Part shown: piece after piece, positions 11,706 to 22,870 of the stretch
Layout of the letters: each line of letters begins with the position of its first letter
How positions within the stretch are numbered: the first letter of the stretch is position 1
Source of the DNA: Escherichia coli
GTDB lineage: Bacteria; Pseudomonadota; Gammaproteobacteria; Enterobacterales; Enterobacteriaceae
Strand: one strand, 5' to 3'
Length of the DNA: 64,000 nt
NCBI RefSeq assembly: GCF_003334385.1
Contig: NZ_QOWN01000020.1
The notes under the pieces: model-generated
What the model saw: the letters and a program-made list of their open reading frames with translations, nothing else
Told to the model about the DNA's origin: nothing
The model's database searches: none
Made by a program: the position numbers and the translations under genes

Positions 11706-12941
11706 ATGCTGCAACAGGTTCCAACGCGTGCTTTTCATGTGATGGCGAAACCGAGTGGTTCCGATTGTAATCTGAACTGTGACTACTGTTTTTATCTCGA
11801 AAAACAATCCCTTTACCGCGAAAAGCCAGTCACGCATATGGACGATGACACGCTGGAAGCGTATGTCCGTCACTATATCGCTGCCAGCGAACCGCAAAAC
11901 GAAGTGGCTTTTACCTGGCAGGGCGGCGAACCAACGCTACTCGGGCTGGAGTTTTACCGCCGTGCCGTAGCGCTACAGGCGAAATATGGTGCTGGCAGGA
12001 AGATAAGTAACAGCTTCCAGACTAACGGCGTGCTGCTGGATGACGAATGGTGCGCGTTTCTCGCGGAGCATCATTTTCTTGTTGGTTTATCGCTGGATGG
12101 CCCGCCTGAGATCCACAATCAATATCGCGTGACTAAAGGTGGCAGACCCACGCATAAGCTGGTGATGCGTGCCCTGACGTTCCTGCAAAAACATCATGTC
12201 GACTATAACGTGCTGGTCTGCGTTAATCGCACCAGCGCGCAGCAACCGTTGCAGGTATATGATTTTTTGTGCGATGCGGGAGTGGAATTCATCCAGTTTA
12301 TTCCGGTGGTCGAGCGCCTGGCTGATGAAACGGCTGCCCGCGAAGGACTGAAATTGCATGCGCCTGGTGATATTCAGGGTGAGCTAACGGAATGGTCTGT
12401 GCGCCCCGATGAATTTGGTGAATTTCTGGTGGCGATTTTTGACCACTGGATCAAACGCGACGTCGGCAAGATTTTCGTGATGAATATCGAATGGGCGTTT
12501 GCCAATTTTGTCGGTGCGCCGGGTGCGGTTTGCCATCATCAGCCAACCTGTGGGCGCTCGGTGATTGTTGAGCACAATGGCGACGTTTACGCCTGCGATC
12601 ACTATGTTTATCCGCAATATCGGCTGGGGAATATGCACCAGCAAACAATTGCAGAAATGATCGATTCCCCGCAACAGCAGGTGTTTGGTGAAGATAAATT
12701 TAAGCAGTTACCGGCGCAGTGTCGTAGTTGTAACGTGTTAAAAGCGTGCTGGGGAGGCTGCCCGAAACACCGCTTTATGCTCGATGCCAGCGGCAAGCCT
12801 GGGCTGAATTATTTATGTGCCGGGTATCAGCGTTATTTTCGCCATCTGCCGCCGTATCTTAAAGCAATGTCTGATTTGCTGGCGCATGGCCGCCCGGCCA
12901 GCGACATTATGCATGCGCATTTGCTGGTGGTGAGTAAGTAA
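11706..12941 (+). CDS. aslB: anaerobic sulfatase-maturating enzyme homolog (radical SAM)
   Basis: ORF with CNLNCDYC (CxxxCxxC) radical-SAM motif near N-terminus and additional Cys clusters; start trimmed to ATG at 11706 (MLQQVPTRAF...); adjacent to sulfatase gene. Confidence 0.9.
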   Translation: MLQQVPTRAFHVMAKPSGSDCNLNCDYCFYLEKQSLYREKPVTHMDDDTLEAYVRHYIAASEPQNEVAFTWQGGEPTLLGLEFYRRAVALQAKYGAGRKISNSFQTNGVLLDDEWCAFLAEHHFLVGLSLDGPPEIHNQYRVTKGGRPTHKLVMRALTFLQKHHVDYNVLVCVNRTSAQQPLQVYDFLCDAGVEFIQFIPVVERLADETAAREGLKLHAPGDIQGELTEWSVRPDEFGEFLVAIFDHWIKRDVGKIFVMNIEWAFANFVGAPGAVCHHQPTCGRSVIVEHNGDVYACDHYVYPQYRLGNMHQQTIAEMIDSPQQQVFGEDKFKQLPAQCRSCNVLKACWGGCPKHRFMLDASGKPGLNYLCAGYQRYFRHLPPYLKAMSDLLAHGRPASDIMHAHLLVVSK

Positions 12942-12975
12942 AAAAGCGGCCATTTTGTGGCCGCCTGCGGTTGAT

Positions 12976-13081
<106 letters not shown>

Positions 13082-13108
13082 AAGGCAGATCTCAGCGATA
13101 GCGCCGGC

Positions 13109-14764
13109 TTAGTCAGATTTAATCTGCGCGCGTGGTGGATATTTTTTCAGGATCTCCATATACGCGTGCATTTCGGTCTGTAGCGGTACACCCATCGGAA
13201 TATGGCGCACGCCGATGGAGTCGCTTTCCTGCGGATCGGTGTAGAGGTTAAACACCGACGATCCCGCCGTTTGCATTACTGTGCCGGTGAATCCACCCTG
13301 ATATCCGCTCTGGGTATAAGCGTAAGGTTGCTGAATCAGGACGTGATACTTGAACTCATCCATACGCACAGCAGCGAGTTTACCGTTGAGGAAGTAGTGC
13401 TCGGCCTTACGGTTAGACTGACCATTTGTTCCCAGGAAGAAGGATGTCTGGTCCACACCATCGATAAAGGTGGTTTTCGGCACTAAATTCGCCACTTTCG
13501 CTCCAGGATGCCCTGCCAGATCCAGCGCGGTAGGGAAGAGATCTGCCAGATCGACAATACCGTCAGATTTACGCGGTTGGATCATCCCTTTCCAGTAAAC
13601 GAAAGTCGGTACGCGAACGCCGCCTTCCCAGGTCGAACCTTTCGCACCACGGAACGGGGTGCGTCCGTGCGGCGGTACTTCGGCTTCCGGTCCGTTATCG
13701 GAGGTAAAGACGATCAGCGTGTTATCAAGCTGACCGTTTTTCTCCAGTGTTTTATACAGATTAGCGAACACATCGTTCATCTCCACCATGCAGTCGCCAT
13801 ACGAGGTGCGTGCCGGAGAGCTACCCGCATATTTAGCGTTCGGGTAGTTATCGAAGTGACAGCCGCGAGTGCCGTAATAGAGGAAGAAAGGCTTATCGCT
13901 CTTCGCCATCTTGTCGAGGAACTTAACGCCATATTCCATCCAGCGTTGATCCAGATCTTCCATATATTTCGGCGTAATGTCGGCAATGGCCTGTTGTTCG
14001 CCGCCGCGCACTGCATGAACATCATCTTTGCTGAACGGTAATTGCTTGATGTATTCAGAACGGTCCGGACTCAGGGCCACTTCCGGATTGACGTGAACGT
14101 CGCGCCATTCGGTGTACATATCAGACACCGAGTTAAAGCCACGGAAATCATCAAAGCCAACGTTCTGCGGCTGCGACTCTTTGTTTTCCCCCATATGCCA
14201 TTTCCCGATAGCCTGGGTGACGTAACCTTGGTCGTGCAGCAATTGCGGCAGGGTGGTTAACCCTTGCAGACCTCCCGGTTGCCCGTACATTGGCGGCATC
14301 AGAATGCCGTGGTGGATGGAGTATTGTCCGGTGAGAATGGTGGCGCGGGTTGGGGAAGAGCTTGGTTGAGAATACGCCGACGTTAAAATCAGCCCCTGGC
14401 TGGCAACTGCATCGATATCTGGTGTAGGGTTACCCACCGCCACGCCGCCACCGTTAAAACCGACGTCCATCCAGCCCACATCGTCCAGCAGGAAGATAAC
14501 CACATTGGGCTTCTTACCGGTTTTTTTCTCAAGTTCTGCCAGCTTCTGCTGGGTTTCTTTATCCTGCGCCGGATGCTGCATTACTGGCATCATGTTGTCG
14601 GCAATAGTGGTCGCCGGTTTAACCAGATACTGGTTTGGGTGATCGTATCCGGCAAAGCCTTTGCGTGCGGTGGCAGTTGACGGGGTATCTGCTGCGCTGG
14701 CCATGAGAGGAAGAGCGGCGGCGACAGCAACAACAAGACGTTTGGGTGAAAACGAAATTTCCAT
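13109..14764 (-). CDS. aslA: arylsulfatase (Ser-type sulfatase, periplasmic)
   Basis: 551-aa ORF with N-terminal signal peptide and a sulfatase signature S-x-P-x-R (SSPTR) with Ser in the formylglycine position. Confidence 0.92.
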   Translation of the reverse strand: MEISFSPKRLVVAVAAALPLMASAADTPSTATARKGFAGYDHPNQYLVKPATTIADNMMPVMQHPAQDKETQQKLAELEKKTGKKPNVVIFLLDDVGWMDVGFNGGGVAVGNPTPDIDAVASQGLILTSAYSQPSSSPTRATILTGQYSIHHGILMPPMYGQPGGLQGLTTLPQLLHDQGYVTQAIGKWHMGENKESQPQNVGFDDFRGFNSVSDMYTEWRDVHVNPEVALSPDRSEYIKQLPFSKDDVHAVRGGEQQAIADITPKYMEDLDQRWMEYGVKFLDKMAKSDKPFFLYYGTRGCHFDNYPNAKYAGSSPARTSYGDCMVEMNDVFANLYKTLEKNGQLDNTLIVFTSDNGPEAEVPPHGRTPFRGAKGSTWEGGVRVPTFVYWKGMIQPRKSDGIVDLADLFPTALDLAGHPGAKVANLVPKTTFIDGVDQTSFFLGTNGQSNRKAEHYFLNGKLAAVRMDEFKYHVLIQQPYAYTQSGYQGGFTGTVMQTAGSSVFNLYTDPQESDSIGVRHIPMGVPLQTEMHAYMEILKKYPPRAQIKSD

Positions 14765-15188
14765 GCAAAATGCTCCGGTTTCATGTCATCAAAATGATGA
14801 CGTAATTAAGCATTGATAATTGAGATCCCTCTCCCTGACAGGATGATTACATAAATAATAGTGACAAAAATAAATTATTTATTTATCCAGAAAATGAATT
14901 GGAAAATCAGGAGAGCGTTTTCAATCCTACCTCTGGCGCAGTTGATATGTAAGGCAGGTTTATTATATCGCGTTGATTATTGATGCTGTTTTTAGTTTTA
15001 ACGGCAATTAATATATGTGTTATTAATTGAATGAATTTTATCATTCATAATAAGTATGTGTAGGATCAAGCTCAGGTTAAATATTCACTCAGGAAGTTAT
15101 TACTCAGGAAGCAAAGAGGATTACAGAATTATCTCATAACAAGTGTTAAGGGATGTTATTTCCCGATTCTCTGTGGCATAATAAACGA

Positions 15189-15395
15189 GTAGATGCTCAT
15201 TCCATCTCTTATGTTCGCCTTAGTGCCTCATAAACTCCGGAATGACGCAGAGCCGTTTACGGTGCTTATCGTCCACTGACAGATGTCGCTTATGCCTCAT
15301 CAGACACCATGGACACAACGTTGAGTGAAGCACCCACTTGTTGTCATACAGACCTGTTTTAACGCCTGCTCCGTAATAAGAGCAGGCGTTTTTTT
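15189..15395 (+). ncRNA. glmZ: small RNA GlmZ (activator of glmS translation)
   Basis: Sequence recognised as GlmZ (GTAGATGCTCATTCCATCTCTTATG...); ends in hairpin GCCTGCTC-CGTAATAAG-AGCAGGCG plus T7; convergent with hemY. Confidence 0.85.
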
Positions 15396-15442
15396 ATGTG
15401 TCAGGAAGGCCCCGGAGGTGCTTGCCCCCGGGTGAGAAGGAA

Positions 15443-16639
15443 CTACTGTGGTGGGTTGTTCTGCAACGTTAACATCAAACCGTCGTGACGCATCGCTGCA
15501 GCTTCTTCCGGCTTGTGCAGTCTGTCCAGCGCGTCGGCAAGCCATGCGTAATCGTAGGCGTCCGGACGTTGTTTCAGCGCTGCGCGGAAGGCGAGCGATG
15601 CTTCCTGCCATTCTCCGTGCTTCATCAGTGACTGGCCCAGTGTGCTCCACAACAGCGGGCGATCGCCGACGTTTTTGATCTGCTGGCGCAGCACTTTTTC
15701 CAGCTGTTCCGGATTGTTGGTTTTCAGTCGAGGAATCGGCAGCAGTAGGCGATCGTCGTACTGGCGTTTCAGGCCATCGATGATAATTTGCTGGGCAGTA
15801 TCATGATCGTCACATTCAATAAGATGTTCCGCCATTGCCACCTGCAACGCTACCTGATGACGCGTTTTCCGGCTTTGGTTTTTCCACCAGTTACGCAAAC
15901 CTTCACTACCGTTATCGGCACGCGCCTGATCCATCAGGCCAATCCATGCCTGTTGTTCCAGCATTGCACGATGTTCTTCATCACCAACATGGGCTTTCGC
16001 CATTGATGGGATGATATCCAGCAGAGAACTCCATGCACCTGTGCGGATATACGCCTGTTCCGCCAGACGTAATACTTCCGGATGGCGTGGCGTAACTTCC
16101 AGCAGCTTATCCACGCCGTGGCGTGCAGCATGGTTTTCATTACGGGCCAGTTGCAGACGTACACGGGTGATTTCTACCGGAATGGTGTCATTGCCGGCCA
16201 GCTCCGCTGCGCGTTCCAGATGTTGGTTGGCGCGCGCTTCATCACCACGTTGTTGCGCGGCTTCGGCAGCCAGTAGATAGTTCACCACCGGTTGTTCAGC
16301 GTGATCGGCATTTTTCGCCATCAGCTTTTCAACTTGCTGATAATCGCCTTCCGCCAGTTTCAGCAGCGCCTGTTCGGTCTGCTTACGTGCACGGCGACGC
16401 TTACGCCCGACAAACCACCCACGGGTGTGCGCGCCAGTGCGGAAGATCCGCCGCAGTAGCCACTCAATGGCAAACAGCACTACCATCGCCAGAATCAATA
16501 TGATCGCCAGGCCCGTGACGCTGGTTTCGATATTGTAGTTGTCGGTCTGGATCAGCACATAACCCTGATGACCGGCAATCATCGGGCCAACCACTATCCC
16601 CGCAATCAGCAACACAAAGAGTAATAACACTTTTAGCAT
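15443..16639 (-). CDS. hemY: HemY protein (TPR-containing inner membrane protein of hemCDXY operon)
   Basis: 398-aa ORF, N-terminal TM helices, synteny downstream of hemX. Confidence 0.93.
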   Translation of the reverse strand: MLKVLLLFVLLIAGIVVGPMIAGHQGYVLIQTDNYNIETSVTGLAIILILAMVVLFAIEWLLRRIFRTGAHTRGWFVGRKRRRARKQTEQALLKLAEGDYQQVEKLMAKNADHAEQPVVNYLLAAEAAQQRGDEARANQHLERAAELAGNDTIPVEITRVRLQLARNENHAARHGVDKLLEVTPRHPEVLRLAEQAYIRTGAWSSLLDIIPSMAKAHVGDEEHRAMLEQQAWIGLMDQARADNGSEGLRNWWKNQSRKTRHQVALQVAMAEHLIECDDHDTAQQIIIDGLKRQYDDRLLLPIPRLKTNNPEQLEKVLRQQIKNVGDRPLLWSTLGQSLMKHGEWQEASLAFRAALKQRPDAYDYAWLADALDRLHKPEEAAAMRHDGLMLTLQNNPPQ

Positions 16640-16641
16640 GG

Positions 16642-17877
16642 TTATTCTCCTTGCGGCGCGGCTGCCGGAGTATCACCTTGCGGTGCAGGTGCAGGTGCAG
16701 GTGCAGGTGCAGGTGCAGGTGCAGGTGCAGGTGCAGGTGCAGGTGCAGGTTTAGCTTCCGTTGTCCCTGCTGCCGGTTGTGCCAGCAGGTTACGCACGCG
16801 AGTCTGCATCAGTTTTTCCAGCATCGCCTGGCTTTGCAGGGTTTCCGGAAGATCCATCGAGATATTTTGCTGGCTTAACTGGTCCACCTCGTCGAGGAAC
16901 GCTTTGGTGGTGGCATCATCAGTATCGTAGTAAGCACGTACCCAGGTGGAGACGTTCTCCAGCGCCTGGCGATAAGTCTCTTCCTGGTGACGCGGTACAG
17001 CTTGTGCTGCGACCAGCAGGCGAGAGCGAATATTTTCGCGCAGATAGATATCCTGATTTGGCGCTAACAGCGGTACGGCGGTGTCATCACGACGGCGAAT
17101 CGTAATGAAGTTGTCCATAAAGTTCTGCCAGCTTTTTTGCAGATTGATACGCCATTCGCTGATGGAACTGGAAAGCTCTTCACCGTCTGAATCCATCGGC
17201 GAACCATCGCTGTCATTATCGGCCAGACGCAGGTTATCTACCTGATTTGAAAGCTGATTAAGCTTAAGGATGATGCCGTCATAATCCACCTGCGATACTG
17301 CAGAAAGGCTGGCGATATCATCGGTAATTGCCCGACGAACGGTAATCAGACTCGGGTCATTCATATCCGCCAGGCTGGCGTCTGCACTTTTCAGCAACGC
17401 TGCAGCGGTCGTGACGTCCTGATCGCTCCACAGCTTCCGTCCGGCGAGTTTCACCAGAAAATCGGCCTGAGCCAGCAGCCAGGTTTTAGCATCGCTGCCG
17501 GAAATGGTGGCGACCTTTTGTTGGACCTCATCCAACTGTTTTGCCAGCGTTTCTTGCTGACGATTCGCCTGCTTAAGCTGTGCAGCTTGTTGCTTAATAA
17601 TGCCTTCCAGCTCGGCTTTTTGGCTCTCCTGGGCTTTTTGCAATGCCGTCAGTTGGTTAGCCAGGGCATCGCTGGTGGCGGTCTGATTGACGGCCTGTTG
17701 TTTACCCCAGCCATACAAACCGACGCCCGCCGCCAGAGCAATAGCGATAGCCACCGCGCTGAGAATCAATGCGGTATTGTTCTTACTCTTTTTTTCTGTT
17801 GCGACAGGTTGTGACGTGGTGTCCACGGCCTCCCTGGTCTCTTCAACCACGGCGGAGGTTTTTTCTTGTTCCGTCAT
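16642..17877 (-). CDS. hemX: HemX protein (inner membrane, coiled-coil, C-terminal Pro-Ala repeat)
   Basis: 411-aa ORF; TM segment near N-terminus, Q/A-rich coiled-coil, C-terminal (PA)11; synteny hemC-hemD-hemX-hemY. Confidence 0.9.
   Translation of the reverse strand: MTEQEKTSAVVEETREAVDTTSQPVATEKKSKNNTALILSAVAIAIALAAGVGLYGWGKQQAVNQTATSDALANQLTALQKAQESQKAELEGIIKQQAAQLKQANRQQETLAKQLDEVQQKVATISGSDAKTWLLAQADFLVKLAGRKLWSDQDVTTAAALLKSADASLADMNDPSLITVRRAITDDIASLSAVSQVDYDGIILKLNQLSNQVDNLRLADNDSDGSPMDSDGEELSSSISEWRINLQKSWQNFMDNFITIRRRDDTAVPLLAPNQDIYLRENIRSRLLVAAQAVPRHQEETYRQALENVSTWVRAYYDTDDATTKAFLDEVDQLSQQNISMDLPETLQSQAMLEKLMQTRVRNLLAQPAAGTTEAKPAPAPAPAPAPAPAPAPAPAPAPQGDTPAAAPQGE
16685..16750. repeat. 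perfect hexanucleotide tandem repeat (GCAGGT)x11 inside hemX coding sequence
   Basis: Directly visible: 66 nt of uninterrupted GCAGGT units, encoding (Pro-Ala)11 on the minus strand. Confidence 0.98.
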
Positions 17878-17898
17878 TATGGCTTCCTGTTATGAGAG

Positions 17899-18639
17899 TT
17901 ATTGTAATGCCCGTAAAAGCGCATCGTTGTCAGCGTTATCGGCGACCTTAATGTCTTGCCAGCCCAGTTCCCGGGCGAGTTTCGCCAAACGCTCACTGAC
18001 GACCAATAGTCGACAGTGTAGTAACCAGTGCTCACGATACCATTGTGGGATCAGCGACCAGAGTTGCTGCAACATTTCACCGCTGGTAACAACGACCGTC
18101 GTCACCTCGCGGGATTGCCAGCGCATCGCTTCTTCTGCACCATCGTAATGGATTGCGCATCGTTGATAACATTCACAAAAAGTGACCTCAGCACCGCGCG
18201 CCGTCAGGGTATCCCCAATTAGCTCACGACCACCATTGCCACGTAATATCAGCGCACGTTTGCCCGCAATATTTTGTAATTCAGGTAATTGTAGCAAGAC
18301 TTCGCTGATTTCCCGATCCTGCGGGTAGAGAATCTTCTGTCCGCTTACGGTATGTAGTGCCAGTGCGGTGGTGCGTCCAATGGCGAAATAATCAGGTAGT
18401 CGGGGCCATTTACGATCTTGCTGATGCAGCTGTGATTGGGCAAAAGCAACCGCGTGTTGCGAGAGGGCAAACAACAGATCGCTCTCCCCCAGCGCTGCCA
18501 GTTGATCAGCAAGTTGCGGTAATTGTTGACCCGGAGAAAACTCAATCAGCGGAAAATGCCAGGCCACCTGCCCCAGTGTGCGCAGACGGCTCACTAACTC
18601 TTCTCCAGCGGGAGACGGGCGGGTGACAAGGATACTCAT
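17899..18639 (-). CDS. hemD: uroporphyrinogen-III synthase
   Basis: 246-aa ORF; 4-nt overlap with hemC stop; synteny. Confidence 0.93.
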   Translation of the reverse strand: MSILVTRPSPAGEELVSRLRTLGQVAWHFPLIEFSPGQQLPQLADQLAALGESDLLFALSQHAVAFAQSQLHQQDRKWPRLPDYFAIGRTTALALHTVSGQKILYPQDREISEVLLQLPELQNIAGKRALILRGNGGRELIGDTLTARGAEVTFCECYQRCAIHYDGAEEAMRWQSREVTTVVVTSGEMLQQLWSLIPQWYREHWLLHCRLLVVSERLAKLARELGWQDIKVADNADNDALLRALQ

Positions 18640-19577
18640 GCCGGGGCGTCTCCGTTATAGACTTCAGCGAGGATCTCGCGCGCGCCGTTATTCAGTAGCT
18701 CTTCTGCCAGCGAAATCCCCATTTGTTCGGCATCTTGCGGCGCACCGCGGCGTTCACCGCGAATAATCTGCGAACCGTCCGGCGCGCCGACCAGCGCACG
18801 CAGCCAGATTTCGCCATCAATAAGCTCGGCGTAGCTACCAATTGGCACCTGACATCCGCCTTCGAGACGGGTATTCATGGCGCGTTCTGCGGTAACGCGC
18901 AGTGCAGTTTCGTGGTGATTCAGCGCGGCAAGCAGCTCGCGAGTGCGTGAATCATCAAGGCGGCATTCAATACCCACCGCACCTTGTCCTACCGCCGGAA
19001 GAGAAATCTCGGGTGGCAACGCGGCGCGAATACGTGACTCCAGACCTAAACGTTTTAGTCCGGCTACGGCAAGAATGATGGCATCGTATTCGCCGTTATC
19101 CAGTTTGCTCAGGCGAGTGCCGACGTTGCCGCGCAGGGAGCGGATAATCAGATCCGGACGGCGTTCAGCCAGTTGGCACTGGCGACGTAAACTGGACGTC
19201 CCGACGATACTGCCTGCCGGTAACGCATCCAGACTGTCATAGTTATTGGACACAAAGGCATCGCGAGGATCTTCACGCTCACAAATAGTGACCAGTCCCA
19301 GACCTTGCGGGAATTCAACCGGCACATCTTTCATTGAGTGTACGGCGATATCGGCGCGATTTTCGAGGAGCGCGACTTCCAGCTCTTTTACAAATAAGCC
19401 TTTTCCGCCTACTTTCGCCAGCGGCGTATCAAGAATCACATCGCCGCGCGTCACCATCGGTACCAGTTCAACGACCAGGCCCGGATGGCTCGCCATCAAC
19501 TTGTCTTTGACATAGTGTGCCTGCCAGAGTGCAAGTGGGCTTTGGCGTGTGGCAATTCTTAAAACATTGTCTAACAT
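18636..19577 (-). CDS. hemC: porphobilinogen deaminase (hydroxymethylbilane synthase)
   Basis: ORF trimmed to [20 protein letters not shown] start (313 aa); HMBS family. Confidence 0.93.
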
Positions 19578-19803
19578 GCTTGTTACCGTCATTATCATCC
19601 GTGGTCCATCCTAACATCCTTGCCAGAGTGATGTCAGTGTTGTGGTGAAACGTAGACGCCTGCGCAAACCGTAAAATGAGGTCTGGCAGTGGATCCTGAC
19701 AGGCGTTTCACGCCGTTGTAATAAGGAATTTACAGAGAATAAACGGTGCTACACTTGTATGTAGCGCATCTTTCTTTACGGTCAATCAGCAAGGTGTTAA
19801 ATT

Positions 19804-19819
19804 GATCACGTTTTAGACC
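19804..19819. promoter_or_regulatory. CRP-like half-site pair (TGTTA-N6-TCACG) in cyaA upstream region
   Basis: Sequence match only, one mismatch per half-site to TGTGA-N6-TCACA; about 150 bp upstream of cyaA start. Confidence 0.3.
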
Positions 19820-19963
19820 ATTTTTTCGTCGTGAAACTAAAAAAACCAGGCGCGAAAAGTGGTAACGGTTACCTTTGACATACGAAATATCCCGAATGCC
19901 GCGTGTTACCGTTGATGTTGGCGGAATCACAGTCATGACGGGTAGCAAATCAGGCGATACGTC

Positions 19964-22510
19964 TTGTACCTCTATATTGAGACTCTGAAACAGAGACTGG
20001 ATGCCATAAATCAATTGCGTGTGGATCGCGCGCTTGCTGCTATGGGGCCTGCATTCCAACAGGTCTACAGTCTACTGCCGACATTGTTGCACTATCACCA
20101 TCCGCTAATGCCGGGTTACCTTGATGGTAACGTTCCCAAAGGCATTTGCCTTTACACGCCTGATGAAACTCAACGCCACTACCTGAACGAGCTTGAACTG
20201 TATCGTGGAATGTCAGTACAGGATCCGCCGAAAGGTGAGCTTCCAATTACTGGTGTATACACCATGGGCAGCACCTCGTCCGTAGGGCAAAGTTGTTCCT
20301 CTGACCTGGATATCTGGGTCTGTCATCAATCCTGGCTCGATAGCGAAGAGCGCCAATTGCTACAACGTAAATGTAGCCTGCTGGAAAACTGGGCCGCCTC
20401 GCTGGGTGTGGAAGTCAGCTTCTTCCTGATTGATGAAAACCGCTTCCGTCATAATGAAAGCGGCAGCCTGGGGGGCGAAGATTGTGGCTCCACCCAGCAT
20501 ATACTGCTGCTTGACGAATTTTATCGTACCGCCGTGCGTCTCGCCGGTAAGCGTATTCTGTGGAATATGGTGCCGTGCGACGAAGAAGAGCATTACGACG
20601 ACTATGTGATGACGCTTTACGCGCAGGGCGTGCTGACGCCAAATGAATGGCTGGATCTCGGTGGCTTAAGCTCGCTTTCTGCTGAAGAGTACTTTGGTGC
20701 CAGCCTTTGGCAGCTCTACAAGAGTATCGATTCCCCATACAAAGCGGTACTGAAAACACTGCTGCTGGAAGCCTATTCCTGGGAATACCCGAACCCACGT
20801 CTGCTGGCGAAAGATATCAAACAGCGTTTGCACGACGGCGAGATTGTATCGTTTGGTCTCGATCCATACTGCATGATGCTGGAGCGTGTTACTGAATACC
20901 TGACGGCGATTGAAGATTTTACCCGTCTGGATTTAGTACGTCGCTGCTTCTATTTAAAAGTGTGCGAAAAGCTCAGCCGTGAACGCGCCTGCGTAGGCTG
21001 GCGTCGCGCAGTGTTGAGCCAGTTAGTGAGCGAGTGGGGTTGGGACGAAGCTCGTCTGGCAATGCTCGATAACCGCGCTAACTGGAAGATTGATCAGGTG
21101 CGTGAGGCGCACAACGAGTTGCTCGACGCGATGATGCAGAGCTACCGTAATCTGATCCGCTTTGCGCGTCGCAATAACCTTAGCGTCTCCGCCAGTCCGC
21201 AGGATATCGGCGTGCTGACGCGTAAGCTGTATGCCGCGTTTGAAGCATTACCAGGTAAAGTGACGCTGGTAAACCCGCAGATTTCACCCGATCTCTCGGA
21301 ACCGAATCTGACCTTTATTTATGTGCCGCCGGGCCGGGCTAACCGTTCAGGTTGGTATCTGTATAACCGCGCGCCAAATATTGAGTCGATCATCAGCCAT
21401 CAGCCGCTGGAATATAACCGTTACCTGAATAAACTGGTGGCGTGGGCATGGTTTAACGGCCTGCTGACCTCGCGCACCCGTTTGTATATTAAAGGTAACG
21501 GCATTGTCGATTTGCCTAAGTTGCAGGAGATGGTCGCCGACGTGTCGCACCATTTCCCGCTGCGCTTACCTGCACCGACACCGAAGGCGCTCTACAGCCC
21601 GTGTGAGATCCGCCATCTGGCGATTATCGTTAACCTGGAATATGACCCGACAGCGGCGTTCCGCAATCAGGTGGTGCATTTCGATTTCCGTAAGCTGGAT
21701 GTCTTCAGCTTTGGCGAGAATCAAAATTGCCTGGTAGGTAGCGTTGACCTGCTGTACCGCAACTCGTGGAACGAAGTGCGTACGCTGCACTTCAACGGCG
21801 AGCAATCGATGATCGAAGCCCTGAAAACTATTCTCGGCAAAATGCATCAGGACGCCGCACCGCCAGATAGCGTGGAAGTCTTCTGTTATAGCCAGCATCT
21901 GCGCGGCTTAATTCGTACTCGCGTGCAGCAACTGGTTTCTGAGTGTATTGAATTGCGTCTTTCCAGCACCCGCCAGGAAACCGGGCGTTTCAAGGCGCTG
22001 CGCGTTTCTGGTCAAACCTGGGGGTTGTTCTTCGAACGCCTGAATGTATCGGTACAGAAACTGGAAAACGCCATCGAGTTTTATGGCGCGATTTCGCATA
22101 ACAAACTGCACGGCCTGTCAGTGCAGGTTGAAACCAATCACGTCAAATTACCGGCGGTGGTGGACGGCTTTGCCAGCGAAGGGATCATCCAGTTCTTTTT
22201 CGAAGAAACGCAAGACGAGAATGGCTTTAATATCTACATTCTCGACGAAAGCAACCGGGTTGAGGTATATCACCACTGCGAAGGCAGCAAAGAGGAGCTG
22301 GTACGTGACGTCAGTCGCTTCTACTCGTCATCGCATGACCGTTTTACCTACGGCTCAAGCTTCATCAACTTCAACCTGCCGCAGTTCTATCAGATTGTGA
22401 AGGTTGATGGTCGTGAACAGGTGATTCCGTTCCGCACAAAATCTATCGGTAACATGCCGCCTGCCAATCAGGATCACGATACGCCGCTATTACAGCAATA
22501 TTTTTCGTGA
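19964..22510 (+). CDS. cyaA: adenylate cyclase (class I)
   Basis: 848-aa ORF beginning at TTG (19964-19966), N-terminus [23 protein letters not shown]. Confidence 0.95.
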   Translation: MYLYIETLKQRLDAINQLRVDRALAAMGPAFQQVYSLLPTLLHYHHPLMPGYLDGNVPKGICLYTPDETQRHYLNELELYRGMSVQDPPKGELPITGVYTMGSTSSVGQSCSSDLDIWVCHQSWLDSEERQLLQRKCSLLENWAASLGVEVSFFLIDENRFRHNESGSLGGEDCGSTQHILLLDEFYRTAVRLAGKRILWNMVPCDEEEHYDDYVMTLYAQGVLTPNEWLDLGGLSSLSAEEYFGASLWQLYKSIDSPYKAVLKTLLLEAYSWEYPNPRLLAKDIKQRLHDGEIVSFGLDPYCMMLERVTEYLTAIEDFTRLDLVRRCFYLKVCEKLSRERACVGWRRAVLSQLVSEWGWDEARLAMLDNRANWKIDQVREAHNELLDAMMQSYRNLIRFARRNNLSVSASPQDIGVLTRKLYAAFEALPGKVTLVNPQISPDLSEPNLTFIYVPPGRANRSGWYLYNRAPNIESIISHQPLEYNRYLNKLVAWAWFNGLLTSRTRLYIKGNGIVDLPKLQEMVADVSHHFPLRLPAPTPKALYSPCEIRHLAIIVNLEYDPTAAFRNQVVHFDFRKLDVFSFGENQNCLVGSVDLLYRNSWNEVRTLHFNGEQSMIEALKTILGKMHQDAAPPDSVEVFCYSQHLRGLIRTRVQQLVSECIELRLSSTRQETGRFKALRVSGQTWGLFFERLNVSVQKLENAIEFYGAISHNKLHGLSVQVETNHVKLPAVVDGFASEGIIQFFFEETQDENGFNIYILDESNRVEVYHHCEGSKEELVRDVSRFYSSSHDRFTYGSSFINFNLPQFYQIVKVDGREQVIPFRTKSIGNMPPANQDHDTPLLQQYFS

Positions 22511-22549
22511 TGAACGTGCCGGAAAGCGAGGCTTATCCGGCATGCAATC

Positions 22550-22870
22550 TTAGCGGAAACTGACTGTTTCACCCGCCTGCTGCGTCGCCGCCTGTTCCAG
22601 CAAATCCCAGAAGGTTTCGCCGCTGCGATCACAAATCCACTCATCGCCTTTCAGGTCAAAATGGTAGCCGCCCTGTTTGGTTGCCAGCCATACCTGGTGC
22701 AGCGGCTCCTGGCGGTTGATAATGATTTTGCTGCCATTCTCAAAGGTAATGGTCAGTACGCCGCCGTTGATTTCGCAGTCGATATCGCTGTCGCCATCCC
22801 AGTCGTCCAGGCGTTCTTCAATGGTCAGCCAGAGTTGATCAGCCAGGCGATGAAATTCACTGTCGTTCAT
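22550..22870 (-). CDS. cyaY: frataxin homolog CyaY (iron-sulfur cluster assembly)
   Basis: 106-aa acidic [34 protein letters not shown]; convergent with cyaA. Confidence 0.93.

Noticed and set aside
11255-11707. Small ORFs overlapping the tRNA genes (11255..11449 +, 11459..11707 -)
   Set aside because: They are read-throughs of tRNA-His/Leu/Pro and the terminator; the tRNA cloverleaves fully explain this DNA.
16651-16878. Plus-strand ORF encoding an (Arg-Cys)n repeat protein ([18 protein letters not shown]...)
   Set aside because: It is the opposite-strand reading of the hemX (GCAGGT)n microsatellite; no independent start context, and it lies wholly antisense to hemX/hemY.
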